Assembly (NCBI GenBank): GCA_965204375.1
Contig: OZ241986.1
Span: 3,104,001-3,168,000 of the forward strand
Direction: 5' to 3'
Length of the DNA: 64,000 nucleotides
Origin: Candidatus Latescibacterota bacterium
Lineage (GTDB): Bacteria > Latescibacterota > UBA2968
In this document: positions 27,256-35,903 of the stretch, in pieces
Numbering within the stretch: position 1 is the first letter of the stretch
How the letters are laid out: every line of letters starts with the position of its first letter
Translations under genes and position numbers: made by a program
Notes under the pieces: model-generated
What the model saw: only the letters and a program-made list of their open reading frames with translations
The model's database searches: none
Told to the model about the DNA's origin: nothing

Positions 27256-28710
27256 TCAGTCTGCTTTCTCTCCCAACTTCCCCTCATCCACATTCAAAGC
27301 ACCGCGCGCGCGCAGCATTTGTCCGCCAAAGCCAAAAATACCCGCCGTCAACAGGGCAGAACCAATCACGAGGAACCAGTACATACCCTCAATACTATTC
27401 GCGACAGCCAGTGTGCAAAAGAAAGCGGCAAAAAAATCGCGGCGACTCACAAATTTGAGCGACATACAAAAACGGTGAAACCACCCGCGTTCACTCTCGG
27501 GAACATCGCTCGAAAACGCCATATTAAAACTCACAATACTGCCGGACCCCACCAGTTTCATATACAGAAAAATCAGCAACACCCCCAACACATCCAGAAA
27601 AACCATCACACCGCCCAGCAGGGGATAAAATGCCTCATCCGTATATGCATACATCCCGGCGAGCACCGCGATAAAAAACACGAGATAGGACATATTATCC
27701 GCCAGCGTATCGACCCACTCGCCCAGGCGAGAACCCATAAATTTTAATTTGGCAATCTCACCATCGCACCCATCTATAATAGACGCAAACTGAAACAACA
27801 GCCCGCCCAGAGCCAGATGCAAATAACTCGCACTCCCCTTAAAAACCAGCCATGCCGACAGAAAACTCAACAACATCGTCGCAATCGACAACTGGTTTGG
27901 CGTAACAGGCGTATGCACGAGCACACGAGAAATGCGCGTGGAAATTTTGCGATTAAAATAGCGCGAAACAAAACCATCGGTCGGCTTGCCGAGCCTGCGA
28001 AACAGCTCCTGCTCTGCGTGAACATGCGCCTCGGGCGTATCCACATCGAGCCAAAACGCGCCATCGATATCCGCAGTCCGCATACTGCCTTTCTCCGCCA
28101 AAACGCGAATCCCCCCCGACAATGACCCCTCGCCCTCTGCAACAGACTGCTCGAGCGCGCCAAACAAAAACGGACTGCACAGAAAAATCCCCGTATCTAC
28201 CGCATTGAAATCGGCCAACTCTTTTCCAATTTTGACCACGCGACGGTTCTGTGTCATCACCTTCGTGGCATCTTCCATATCAAAAATGCCATCGATATCT
28301 GTATCGACACATAAAATGGCTTCATCCCGACCAACCGGCATACGACGCAATTTGACCAGTATCTCGGGATCAAACAGATGATCGGACATCAAAAGAATAA
28401 ACGGCTCATCGACATATTCTCTGGCACTCAATACCGACACACCATTGCCGCGCGCCCATTCCTTATTTTGAACCCAATCAATCGCCACATCCGAAAGCTG
28501 TGGATCATCGGCAAGCGCGTGCATAATCTCTTGGCACCGATACCCAACCACAACCACAAACTCCGAAATGCCCGCGCGCATAGCCGACAAAATCGTGCGC
28601 TTGAGCAATGGCACGCCGGCCAGGGGCACGAGAGGCTTGGGCAAATCCGCCCCATAACCTCTCAGCCGACTGCCCATACCAGCGGCAATAATTACAACTT
28701 TATTCACCAT
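27256..28710 (-). CDS. Bifunctional sugar/inositol-phosphate cytidylyltransferase + CDP-alcohol phosphotransferase (IPCT/DIPPS-like)
   Basis: N-terminal IIAAGMGSRL..PKPL, GNGVS, LMSDH, DATKV, VDTGIF. C-terminal DGFVSRYFNRKIS, TPNQ, DGCDGEIA..GEWVDTLAD. Start at ATG 28710. Confidence 0.9.
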   Translation of the reverse strand: MVNKVVIIAAGMGSRLRGYGADLPKPLVPLAGVPLLKRTILSAMRAGISEFVVVVGYRCQEIMHALADDPQLSDVAIDWVQNKEWARGNGVSVLSAREYVDEPFILLMSDHLFDPEILVKLRRMPVGRDEAILCVDTDIDGIFDMEDATKVMTQNRRVVKIGKELADFNAVDTGIFLCSPFLFGALEQSVAEGEGSLSGGIRVLAEKGSMRTADIDGAFWLDVDTPEAHVHAEQELFRRLGKPTDGFVSRYFNRKISTRISRVLVHTPVTPNQLSIATMLLSFLSAWLVFKGSASYLHLALGGLLFQFASIIDGCDGEIAKLKFMGSRLGEWVDTLADNMSYLVFFIAVLAGMYAYTDEAFYPLLGGVMVFLDVLGVLLIFLYMKLVGSGSIVSFNMAFSSDVPESERGWFHRFCMSLKFVSRRDFFAAFFCTLAVANSIEGMYWFLVIGSALLTAGIFGFGGQMLRARGALNVDEGKLGEKAD

Positions 28711-28744
28711 AACTTCTATAACCTTTCGCAATATCCCGAGCGAT

Positions 28745-30061
28745 TTACAAAAGACTGCGCCCAACAGCCCGTTGTAATCTCGCCCAGGATCGGTTAAAAT
28801 TAAACACTGCTTCATAATATTTGGCGCGAATAATGCCGTACTCTTTTGCAGCATCGATCATATCCGATGCATCTTCAAGCCCGGCATTAAACCCATCGCG
28901 AACCGATATAAACCACCGGCGGGTCGCCCGCCGCGCCGTGCTGGCAGCCGCCATATTTTTTTGTGCCTCAATCAACTCGCGGTAAATCTTCTCAATTTCA
29001 ATTGCCACGCCCTTCTCGGCCAGTTGCTTTTGATACAACAACTTCTGATATTCCAAACTCGCTTTCCGCGCCTTCGCCGACGTAAGCCCAAACGACAGCG
29101 ACTGTCGAACACCTATCACCGCCCCTGCCTGTAAAATATTGAAATCATCTCTGGCAAAAGGACTTGTCTGATCGTCGCGGTTCGGTGCGTAACCATACTT
29201 AAATTGACCCGCAATAAATATCTGGGGATACTGCTCGCCTTTTGCCACCTGCATTAGAGATTCACGCACCTGCGCGGCAGCCTGTAACTGCTGCATATCT
29301 TCGCGCTCTCCCGCGCGTTTGAGATAAAACTCAAGCGGCTCAATCTCCACATCAACCGGTGTTAAAGGACCAGCAAGAGTCAGCGAATCTCTTTCACTCA
29401 ATCCCAGAAGCATGCGCAGGGCAGACTCGGCAAGCGCTTTTGTTTTCGCCGCCTCGTGTACTTTTTCGCGCACATCAAAGGCAAACCGATCAATACGGCC
29501 CAGATCGGCATACGTAAAATCGCCTTCCTCTGCCTCCAGTTTCTCCACCACAAAATCGCGCGCCGTTTGAAAATCACTTTGCGCTTCCAATGCCAGTGCC
29601 CACAAATCCTGCGTCAGTTGCAACCCAAAATACACCTCGGCAACCTGAAGCTCCAGATCGCCCCGCGCTTTGCGCAGCCCCGCCTGCTGAGCCGTCACGC
29701 CTGCCATAGCCGCTGCTTTGGCTCCGGACAAATGACCGAATGTGAACAGAGGTTGCACAACCGTGGCCTCTGTACGCGTAAAAATACTCAAATGACTCAG
29801 CATGGTATTGCCAGTGAGCGCGTCACCGCGTGCTTCGGGCGAGGGACCAATAACAGACCGCAATTCAAACTGCGGCAAAAAGCGGATGGCATTGGCCTGA
29901 TCTAATTGCGCCCGCGCAATATCGACATCAACCGCTGCCGCACGCACGCCGGGATGCACGCGCATCGCCTGTGCAATACTCGCGGACAAATCATAAGTTT
30001 CGGCGCGGAGAGAATGCACACAGATAAAAATCCCCAAATAGGACACACACAGCTTTAACAT
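28745..30061 (-). CDS. TolC family outer-membrane channel
   Basis: Signal peptide from ATG 30061, QPLFTFG, VAEVYFGL, YPQIF, C-terminal LQRAVG; two OEP repeats. Confidence 0.88.
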   Translation of the reverse strand: MLKLCVSYLGIFICVHSLRAETYDLSASIAQAMRVHPGVRAAAVDVDIARAQLDQANAIRFLPQFELRSVIGPSPEARGDALTGNTMLSHLSIFTRTEATVVQPLFTFGHLSGAKAAAMAGVTAQQAGLRKARGDLELQVAEVYFGLQLTQDLWALALEAQSDFQTARDFVVEKLEAEEGDFTYADLGRIDRFAFDVREKVHEAAKTKALAESALRMLLGLSERDSLTLAGPLTPVDVEIEPLEFYLKRAGEREDMQQLQAAAQVRESLMQVAKGEQYPQIFIAGQFKYGYAPNRDDQTSPFARDDFNILQAGAVIGVRQSLSFGLTSAKARKASLEYQKLLYQKQLAEKGVAIEIEKIYRELIEAQKNMAAASTARRATRRWFISVRDGFNAGLEDASDMIDAAKEYGIIRAKYYEAVFNFNRSWARLQRAVGRSLL

Positions 30062-30240
30062 GTGTGAAAAAAAACCACATCTGTTGCAATTTAACAACAC
30101 AACCCCCTGAACTCCGGCGAAAAACTCAAAAATAAAAAAATCTATATCTATATTAAACAAATATTTAAAAAAAGACCATCCAAACAGGCACAAAATATCT
30201 TTTCCTATATAAGCGAAATCCGTGCCATCGTAAAATATAT

Positions 30241-30266
30241 AAAAAAACCGGACAAAAGTCCGGGTT
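30241..30266 (-). terminator. Intrinsic terminator
   Basis: Minus strand CCGGAC-tttt-GTCCGG followed by T7. Confidence 0.75.
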
Positions 30267-30310
30267 AGCTATACTAACGTTTTAATCCGCGAGTAGTTCC
30301 CTCCACATAT

Positions 30311-31258
30311 TCACCGCCGCACCGCCATCAAAACAAATCCAAAAGACACCCAGAAAATTTTCCGGATGCGCCGGATCAATGCAACGCCCAATCCCAATTC
30401 TGGCGTCAACCCCAACAATTGAAAAAGAAACACATGCCCGCTCTCAAAAACGCCGACACCAGATGGAATAAAGAAAAATGCCGTGTTTATAATCAACGAC
30501 AAAGACGTGAGCAAAAAAGCGGTCAAAAAAGATTGTGGCTGCCCCAACAGACTGAGAATCGCATACACTTCAAAAGTTCCCAAAACCCAACTCAGCATGT
30601 GCAACGCCATACACAGCCAGAACCCCAGGCGGTTCTGCCGGTAAAATGCCGCAATCGTCCGATCAACTTCTTCAAACTTTTCGCGCCTCGACTCCAAAAA
30701 AGAGAGACGCAATTTCTTCAAAATATCCAGCAACCATACAGAAGCCCGTTGGCGCTGAGACACATAAGCCGCCACAATTCCAACCGTACCCAACACCAGG
30801 GCAGCCCCCAATCCAATCTGCACCTCTACTGAAAGCGGAAACATGCCCACGGCCAACCCCGTGCCAATCAGCGCGAAGACCAGGCCACTCACCAATTCAA
30901 CCGTCTTATTGATCACCAGAGAAGGTACGCCCTGCGTCACAGAAACCTGGTCGCGCAACATATACGCTTTGGCCACCTCACCGCCCACATGAGAAGCCGG
31001 TGTGACATTGCCAACAGCTTCTCCCGACAACTTTATGCAAAAAAGTGACCAAAAACTCGGACGGTCGCCATCAAAACACATCGCCCAGGCCCACGTATTG
31101 CTCACATGCCAGCCCAATGCAATGAGCAAAACAGGCACATAGCCCCACCCCATCTGCCGCACTTGCGTCCAGGCGGCGATAATCCCAACCTCGTAAATCA
31201 ACACCGCCAGCAGCGTTAACCCAATGCCCCACAACATCACCTTGCGCGCAGTTTTCAT
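30311..31258 (-). CDS. Lysylphosphatidylglycerol synthase TM-domain flippase-like protein (HpnL-like)
   Basis: GEAVGNVTPASHVGGEVAKA, FFIPSGVGVFE, ALIRRIRK; multi-TM. Confidence 0.88.
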   Translation of the reverse strand: MKTARKVMLWGIGLTLLAVLIYEVGIIAAWTQVRQMGWGYVPVLLIALGWHVSNTWAWAMCFDGDRPSFWSLFCIKLSGEAVGNVTPASHVGGEVAKAYMLRDQVSVTQGVPSLVINKTVELVSGLVFALIGTGLAVGMFPLSVEVQIGLGAALVLGTVGIVAAYVSQRQRASVWLLDILKKLRLSFLESRREKFEEVDRTIAAFYRQNRLGFWLCMALHMLSWVLGTFEVYAILSLLGQPQSFLTAFLLTSLSLIINTAFFFIPSGVGVFESGHVFLFQLLGLTPELGLGVALIRRIRKIFWVSFGFVLMAVRR

Positions 31259-31272
31259 TCGCTATCTATCCC

Positions 31273-31305
31273 AAAAGAAACGGCGACCAAAATGCGCCGC
31301 CGTTC
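31273..31305 (-). terminator. Intrinsic terminator
   Basis: Minus strand AACGGCG...CGCCGTT followed by TCTTTT, just past the stop of the TPR-PPIase gene. Confidence 0.65.
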
Positions 31306-31330
31306 GTCAATAGTGTCTTATAGAACACCG

Positions 31331-32839
31331 TCAATTAACCCGCATAATCACGTGATAGCCCAGAGGGGTTTTGACAACCCCACTGACTTCATTGGGTTTG
31401 AGCTTCATCACTGCGGCTTCAAAATCCGGGTGCAAATCGCCCTTAGAGAAAAACCCCGTACTTCCGCCATTTTCTTTTGAAGGATCAATAGAATAACTCC
31501 TCGCCAAAGCGGCAAAATCTTCTCCGGCTTTGAGCTTGTTCAAAATTTCCTGAGCTTCGGGTTCCGTCTTCACCAGAATATGCCGCACCCGCATCTTGCC
31601 CGCCTGAATCGACTTAATAATATCCAGATTGCCCTGTGCATCGCGCAGCGTACTGGCATCCTTGCTTTCGGCCATTGCCGTTTCATACGCTCTTCGCGCC
31701 TTATCAAAATCTCCCCGAGCCGAATAAATAAACCCCAGATTGTTGTGAACTTCGGCATCTTTGGGATCAATTGCCAATGCCTTCTCGTAAATCACACCTG
31801 CAGAATCGACCTTCTCCTCACCCAAATACAGCAATGCCAACCGCTTATAGGGCGCAATCCACTCGGGAGCGCGCGAAATACAGGTCAACAGTTCGGCCTT
31901 GGCCTGTGCAACATCGCCCTTAGCCACATAGACTTCTGCCAGCCGAAATCGCACCAGATTGCCATCGGGCGCACGTTCCAAAATGCCCAGCATCTCGCCA
32001 ATACTGGCGTCAAAATTACCCCTGGCTGCGTACAACTGGGCAAGTGCATCGCGCACCTCGAGATCATCCGGAGCGAGATCGCGCACCTTTTCCCAGGCTG
32101 TCTGTGCAATATCCAAAGAATCCACCTCTGCACTCATAAAACCGAGTGCGCGATACACCGACGGATCTTCTGGCGCAGCCTCAACAGCCTGTCGATATGC
32201 CGAAAATGCCTTCTGTGTCATCCCCAGCGCGTGAAAAACCCCGCCCCGATTGACCATCAACATCACATTGTCCGAATTGGCAGCAAGGCCGCGGTCCATA
32301 ACGGCGATAGCACTGAGTGTATCGCCAACCGCAATATGGGTCAGCGCCAGAGATTGATACGCCTCAATAAAATCGGAACGGCGTTTGAGTGCCGCTTCAA
32401 AATCGGCAATAGCTTCTCTGGGCTTACCCAGATCGCTATTGAGAGATGCGCGTTCTGCCAGAAGCAAAGCGGGTTCATCGCTTTGCCCAATACCCCGATC
32501 CAGTGCAGAAAGAGCCTGAGAAATTTTGCCCTGCCGAGCAAACACCAGCGCCAGATCGCGATATCCGCGAACAGAACCCGGTTTTATCTCCACTACCTTT
32601 TGAAAAGCGGCCACCGCAGCGTCCAATTGCCCGGCCTCTGCGTAAAGCGTACCCAAAAAACCGTGCGCTCCTACACTATCGGCATGTGCCTCGACAAAAG
32701 CGCGTGCCACCTCGAGAGCGTCGTCAATTTTGCCATCGCTGTAATGCGCTTCAATCTCTTTCAAAAAATCCCGCGCATCCACAACCGGGGCCTGAAAAAA
32801 TATCATACCCCATACAAAACACAGTATCCACCGTTTCAA
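31331..32839 (-). CDS. Secreted TPR-repeat protein with a C-terminal parvulin (PpiC) PPIase domain
   Basis: Signal peptide from TTG 32839 (GGAGG RBS), many TPRs, VRHILVK..FAALARSYSID..GG..G..VKTPLGYHVI. Confidence 0.88.
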   Translation of the reverse strand: MKRWILCFVWGMIFFQAPVVDARDFLKEIEAHYSDGKIDDALEVARAFVEAHADSVGAHGFLGTLYAEAGQLDAAVAAFQKVVEIKPGSVRGYRDLALVFARQGKISQALSALDRGIGQSDEPALLLAERASLNSDLGKPREAIADFEAALKRRSDFIEAYQSLALTHIAVGDTLSAIAVMDRGLAANSDNVMLMVNRGGVFHALGMTQKAFSAYRQAVEAAPEDPSVYRALGFMSAEVDSLDIAQTAWEKVRDLAPDDLEVRDALAQLYAARGNFDASIGEMLGILERAPDGNLVRFRLAEVYVAKGDVAQAKAELLTCISRAPEWIAPYKRLALLYLGEEKVDSAGVIYEKALAIDPKDAEVHNNLGFIYSARGDFDKARRAYETAMAESKDASTLRDAQGNLDIIKSIQAGKMRVRHILVKTEPEAQEILNKLKAGEDFAALARSYSIDPSKENGGSTGFFSKGDLHPDFEAAVMKLKPNEVSGVVKTPLGYHVIMRVN

Positions 32840-32855
32840 AACGCAACCTCCATCC

Positions 32856-32884
32856 TTGACAACATCAACACAACACAATATAAT
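32856..32884 (+). promoter_or_regulatory. Consensus sigma70 promoter
   Basis: TTGACA-N17-TATAAT, exact consensus. Confidence 0.85.
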
Positions 32885-32896
32885 CACATCTCACTT

Positions 32897-33472
32897 ATGA
32901 AAACTCTAAAACAAAACGCCGTACCACTCATAGCCTTTCTAATCGCGGGAAGCACAGCGATACTCTCTTACGACCACTTGCACTACGTGATCCCCTATGT
33001 GGTCTTTAAGTATCCCATCGCCATTGTCGTGCTCTACGCATTTTTTCAGCTCATCGCTTATGCAGAGCGTCGGCGCAGTGCCCAACTCGATGAAGTGGGC
33101 TTGCTTCGGCCCCTGCGCGACGGCGCATTCCTCGTATGCCTGCACGCACACCTGCGCGACCTCGGCATAGACCTGAACCTTTTATCATCGGCATCCAGCA
33201 TGCACCTCGCCCTGTTATCATGGGCGGTCGCCCTCATCGGATATTACGCCCTTGAGCAACCCGGGGGACTACCTGGTCGCACAATCAATATCCTGTCCTC
33301 TCCTGCCACGCGCATCACAGTCTGTCGCGGACTCATCATCTCGGGACTGATAGGGGTAATCGGCACATTCGCGGCAATCGCACAACCCCTCTGGCTCGGT
33401 CTCCCCCTGCTTCTCGTATTCATTCGCGCCTATTATCAGCGTTCCGGAGAGGATCGTGAACGTACAGAATGA
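32897..33472 (+). CDS. Hypothetical membrane protein
   Basis: The real part of track ORF 31580..33472, starting MKTLKQNAVPLIAF. Hydrophobic segments, follows the consensus promoter and overlaps the next gene. Confidence 0.65.
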   Translation: MKTLKQNAVPLIAFLIAGSTAILSYDHLHYVIPYVVFKYPIAIVVLYAFFQLIAYAERRRSAQLDEVGLLRPLRDGAFLVCLHAHLRDLGIDLNLLSSASSMHLALLSWAVALIGYYALEQPGGLPGRTINILSSPATRITVCRGLIISGLIGVIGTFAAIAQPLWLGLPLLLVFIRAYYQRSGEDRERTE

Positions 33473-34340
33473 ACGCCTCAACACCCGCGCTGCCCTGCTC
33501 AACCTCTTGACAGCAATCCTCTGGGGCGGAAATTCCGTATCCATCAAACTCGGGTTATCTGGTATTCCGCCGCTTTGCCTGGCCGGCATGCGTTTTTTGC
33601 TCGGCGGACTCGTCGTCTATATTTGGACGCGCCCCCTGAAAATCGACCTGAAACTCAAATCCAACGAGCGACGAGGCATTGTCGGCCTCATCTTTATTTT
33701 TCTCGCGCAGATCTACTTGCTCAATGCGGGAACCGATTACACCCTCGCCAGCCGCTCGACCATCTTTATCTCGGCCTATCCCTTCTTCACCGCCTCATTT
33801 GCACACATCTTTATACCGGGCGACAAAATCAGCACGCGCAAAATGACCGGCATGGTATTGTCTTTTCTCGGCGTAATACTCATCTTTGCCGAAAGCCTAT
33901 CACTCGGCGAACTTCAACATCTTTTGGGCGACCTCCTCGTACTCGCAAGTGCCGCTCTCCTCGGCGCTCGCCAGGTTTATCTCAAGCGCCTCGTCCAGAA
34001 CATACACCCCGGAAAAGTCTTGATCTGGCAATCCGCCCCCAGCGTACCCATCTTTTTTTTACTCAGTGCACTATTTGAAACACAGGCCATCCAACTCGAT
34101 ATCTCCGTCCTGAGCGCCGTTCTCTATCAGGGGCTCGTCGTCGCGGGATTCTGCTTTATCCTCCTCACAAGCCTGCTGAAACGCTATTCTGCCAGCCGCC
34201 TCTCGGTTTTTGGATTCATCACCCCAATTGTCGGTGTCGTCGTCAGCAACCTTCTCCTCGGCGACCCCATCTCACCCGCCATTCTCCTCAGCCTCGCGCT
34301 CGTGGGCATCGGCATCACCATTGTCAATACATCACAGTGA
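33456..34340 (+). CDS. DMT/EamA family transporter
   Basis: ILWGGNSVSIK, PPLCLAGMRF, ~10 TM segments, FGFITPIVGV. Confidence 0.9.
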   Translation: MNVQNERLNTRAALLNLLTAILWGGNSVSIKLGLSGIPPLCLAGMRFLLGGLVVYIWTRPLKIDLKLKSNERRGIVGLIFIFLAQIYLLNAGTDYTLASRSTIFISAYPFFTASFAHIFIPGDKISTRKMTGMVLSFLGVILIFAESLSLGELQHLLGDLLVLASAALLGARQVYLKRLVQNIHPGKVLIWQSAPSVPIFFLLSALFETQAIQLDISVLSAVLYQGLVVAGFCFILLTSLLKRYSASRLSVFGFITPIVGVVVSNLLLGDPISPAILLSLALVGIGITIVNTSQ

Positions 34341-34354
34341 AGCCCCTCCCAAAA

Positions 34355-34377
34355 CGCATAGCCTATCAATCTATGCG
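34355..34377. terminator. Stem-loop between convergent genes
   Basis: CGCATAG-N9-CTATGCG with T4 following on the minus strand. Confidence 0.45.
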
Positions 34378-34421
34378 GTCTCATTATACGCCGCAAGAAA
34401 AAACTGGTTTCAGAACCTAAA

Positions 34422-34507
34422 ACGAATCTACGAATCTACGAATCTACGAACCCCGCCCATCCCTCCAAAATCAGTATGTACTGCCATTCGTCTATTCGTC
34501 TATTCGT
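34422..34507. repeat. Inverted pair of 8-bp tandem repeats
   Basis: (ACGAATCT)x3+ACGAA at 34422-34450, 35-bp spacer, (ATTCGTCT)x2+ATTCGT at 34486-34507. Confidence 0.9.
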
Positions 34508-34510
34508 GCT

Positions 34511-35890
34511 TTACTCGAGCCGAATATCCGGCAACTCAAAATCATCGCCCGTGTCTTCAATCCACTGCGCGAGGCGCTCGTGGCACCTCTCCTTCTCCTT
34601 CTGGAACGCCCTGTTATAAACGTAATTCGCCTGCTCATACGGATCATCCGCCGTATTGAAAAGCAACCAATCATTATTCGGTGTACAGGCGTATTTCCAC
34701 CCATCTCGCATCACCACAGCCCGCCATGCCTTGTTCACAGTGTGCGAATGCATCTTTCGTGGAATCTGCTGTAAATACGCCGAATCGGGCTCTGCATTTC
34801 TATTCGGTTTCCCCTTGAACTCAGCGGCATTGCTGGAAATACAGTGACCCGAATAATCGTACCCGACCATATCCTCGGGAACGGGAATACCACAAAGACC
34901 CAGCGTAGTAGGTGCAATATCGACGTGATTGATCACCGCATCAGTAGATCCCGTACTCATATTAGCACCACCCCCCACCTTACCGATAATAAACGGAATG
35001 CGGATCGACTCTTCCCACGGCGATGATTTGCCAGTCTGCGCGTGGCTCCACAGCATATCGCCGTGATCGGAAAAGAAAATCACATAAGTCTCCCGATCAA
35101 CACCCATATCTTTGAGAGCCATGCGAATCCGCCCCACATTGTAGTCCAGATTCTCCACCATCGCGTAATAACCCGCATGATCCAGGGCTGCCCGCTCGCG
35201 GATTCGGGGAACATTCGGCACATTGTGCCGAAGCTGGATATCCGACGGATGAATCCGGGGTGCCCCGCGGTCCGGATTTGTAGGCGGCACAAAGGGACTG
35301 TGGGGCGGTTGCACCGAAAGCACGGCAAAAAACGGCTGATAATCTTCTTCCTCGCCCACATGATCCACAAGATGGTCTAAAAACAAGGTCGTCAGGCTAT
35401 CGGTTTCGTACCCGTCCAAACGCCGGGGCGTTTCGCTCTCCGAACCATAAACATAGCACTCGTTCTGATTGTTATTATTCTCATACCCCATCCAGTACTG
35501 AAAATTCCCCCTGCGCTCGGGAGGAACACAGTTCTCCCGAGCGTTGGAACCGTCCAAATGCCACTTGCCGACATAAGCCGTGTGATACCCCGCATCATTA
35601 AAAGGCATGGCAACAGTCGGAATCGCCGGATCCAGTGGAGACGGCGTCTGCGTCACCCCATTTTGATGCGGATAAGTACCCGTCATTAGCGCGCCGCGAA
35701 AAGGCGAGCACCACGGCGCACCGGAAACCGCACAGTCAAAACGCATACCTTCACGCGCGAGATTGTCGATATTCGGCGTAAACACATTGGGATCACCTCG
35801 ATAGCTCAATGCGTGCGCACGGTGTTGATCCCCAAAAATCCAGATAACATTCGGTTTGCGTACAGGGCGAAACGAAAATTGCTCATTCAT
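34511..35890 (-). CDS. Sulfatase (Cys-type, FGly-dependent)
   Basis: KPNVIWIFGDQHR, CSPFRGALMTG, GKWHL, FSDHGD. Confidence 0.92.
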   Translation of the reverse strand: MNEQFSFRPVRKPNVIWIFGDQHRAHALSYRGDPNVFTPNIDNLAREGMRFDCAVSGAPWCSPFRGALMTGTYPHQNGVTQTPSPLDPAIPTVAMPFNDAGYHTAYVGKWHLDGSNARENCVPPERRGNFQYWMGYENNNNQNECYVYGSESETPRRLDGYETDSLTTLFLDHLVDHVGEEEDYQPFFAVLSVQPPHSPFVPPTNPDRGAPRIHPSDIQLRHNVPNVPRIRERAALDHAGYYAMVENLDYNVGRIRMALKDMGVDRETYVIFFSDHGDMLWSHAQTGKSSPWEESIRIPFIIGKVGGGANMSTGSTDAVINHVDIAPTTLGLCGIPVPEDMVGYDYSGHCISSNAAEFKGKPNRNAEPDSAYLQQIPRKMHSHTVNKAWRAVVMRDGWKYACTPNNDWLLFNTADDPYEQANYVYNRAFQKEKERCHERLAQWIEDTGDDFELPDIRLE

Positions 35891-35903
35891 AGAAAAAACC
35901 TTT

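Noticed and set aside
31580-32896. N-terminal 439 codons of the 630-aa plus-strand ORF
   Set aside because: Antisense to the TPR-PPIase gene. A consensus promoter at 32856-32884 indicates the real gene starts at 32897.
34422-34507. Mini-CRISPR
   Set aside because: The repeats are 8-bp tandem units in inverted orientation with a single spacer, and there are no cas genes.
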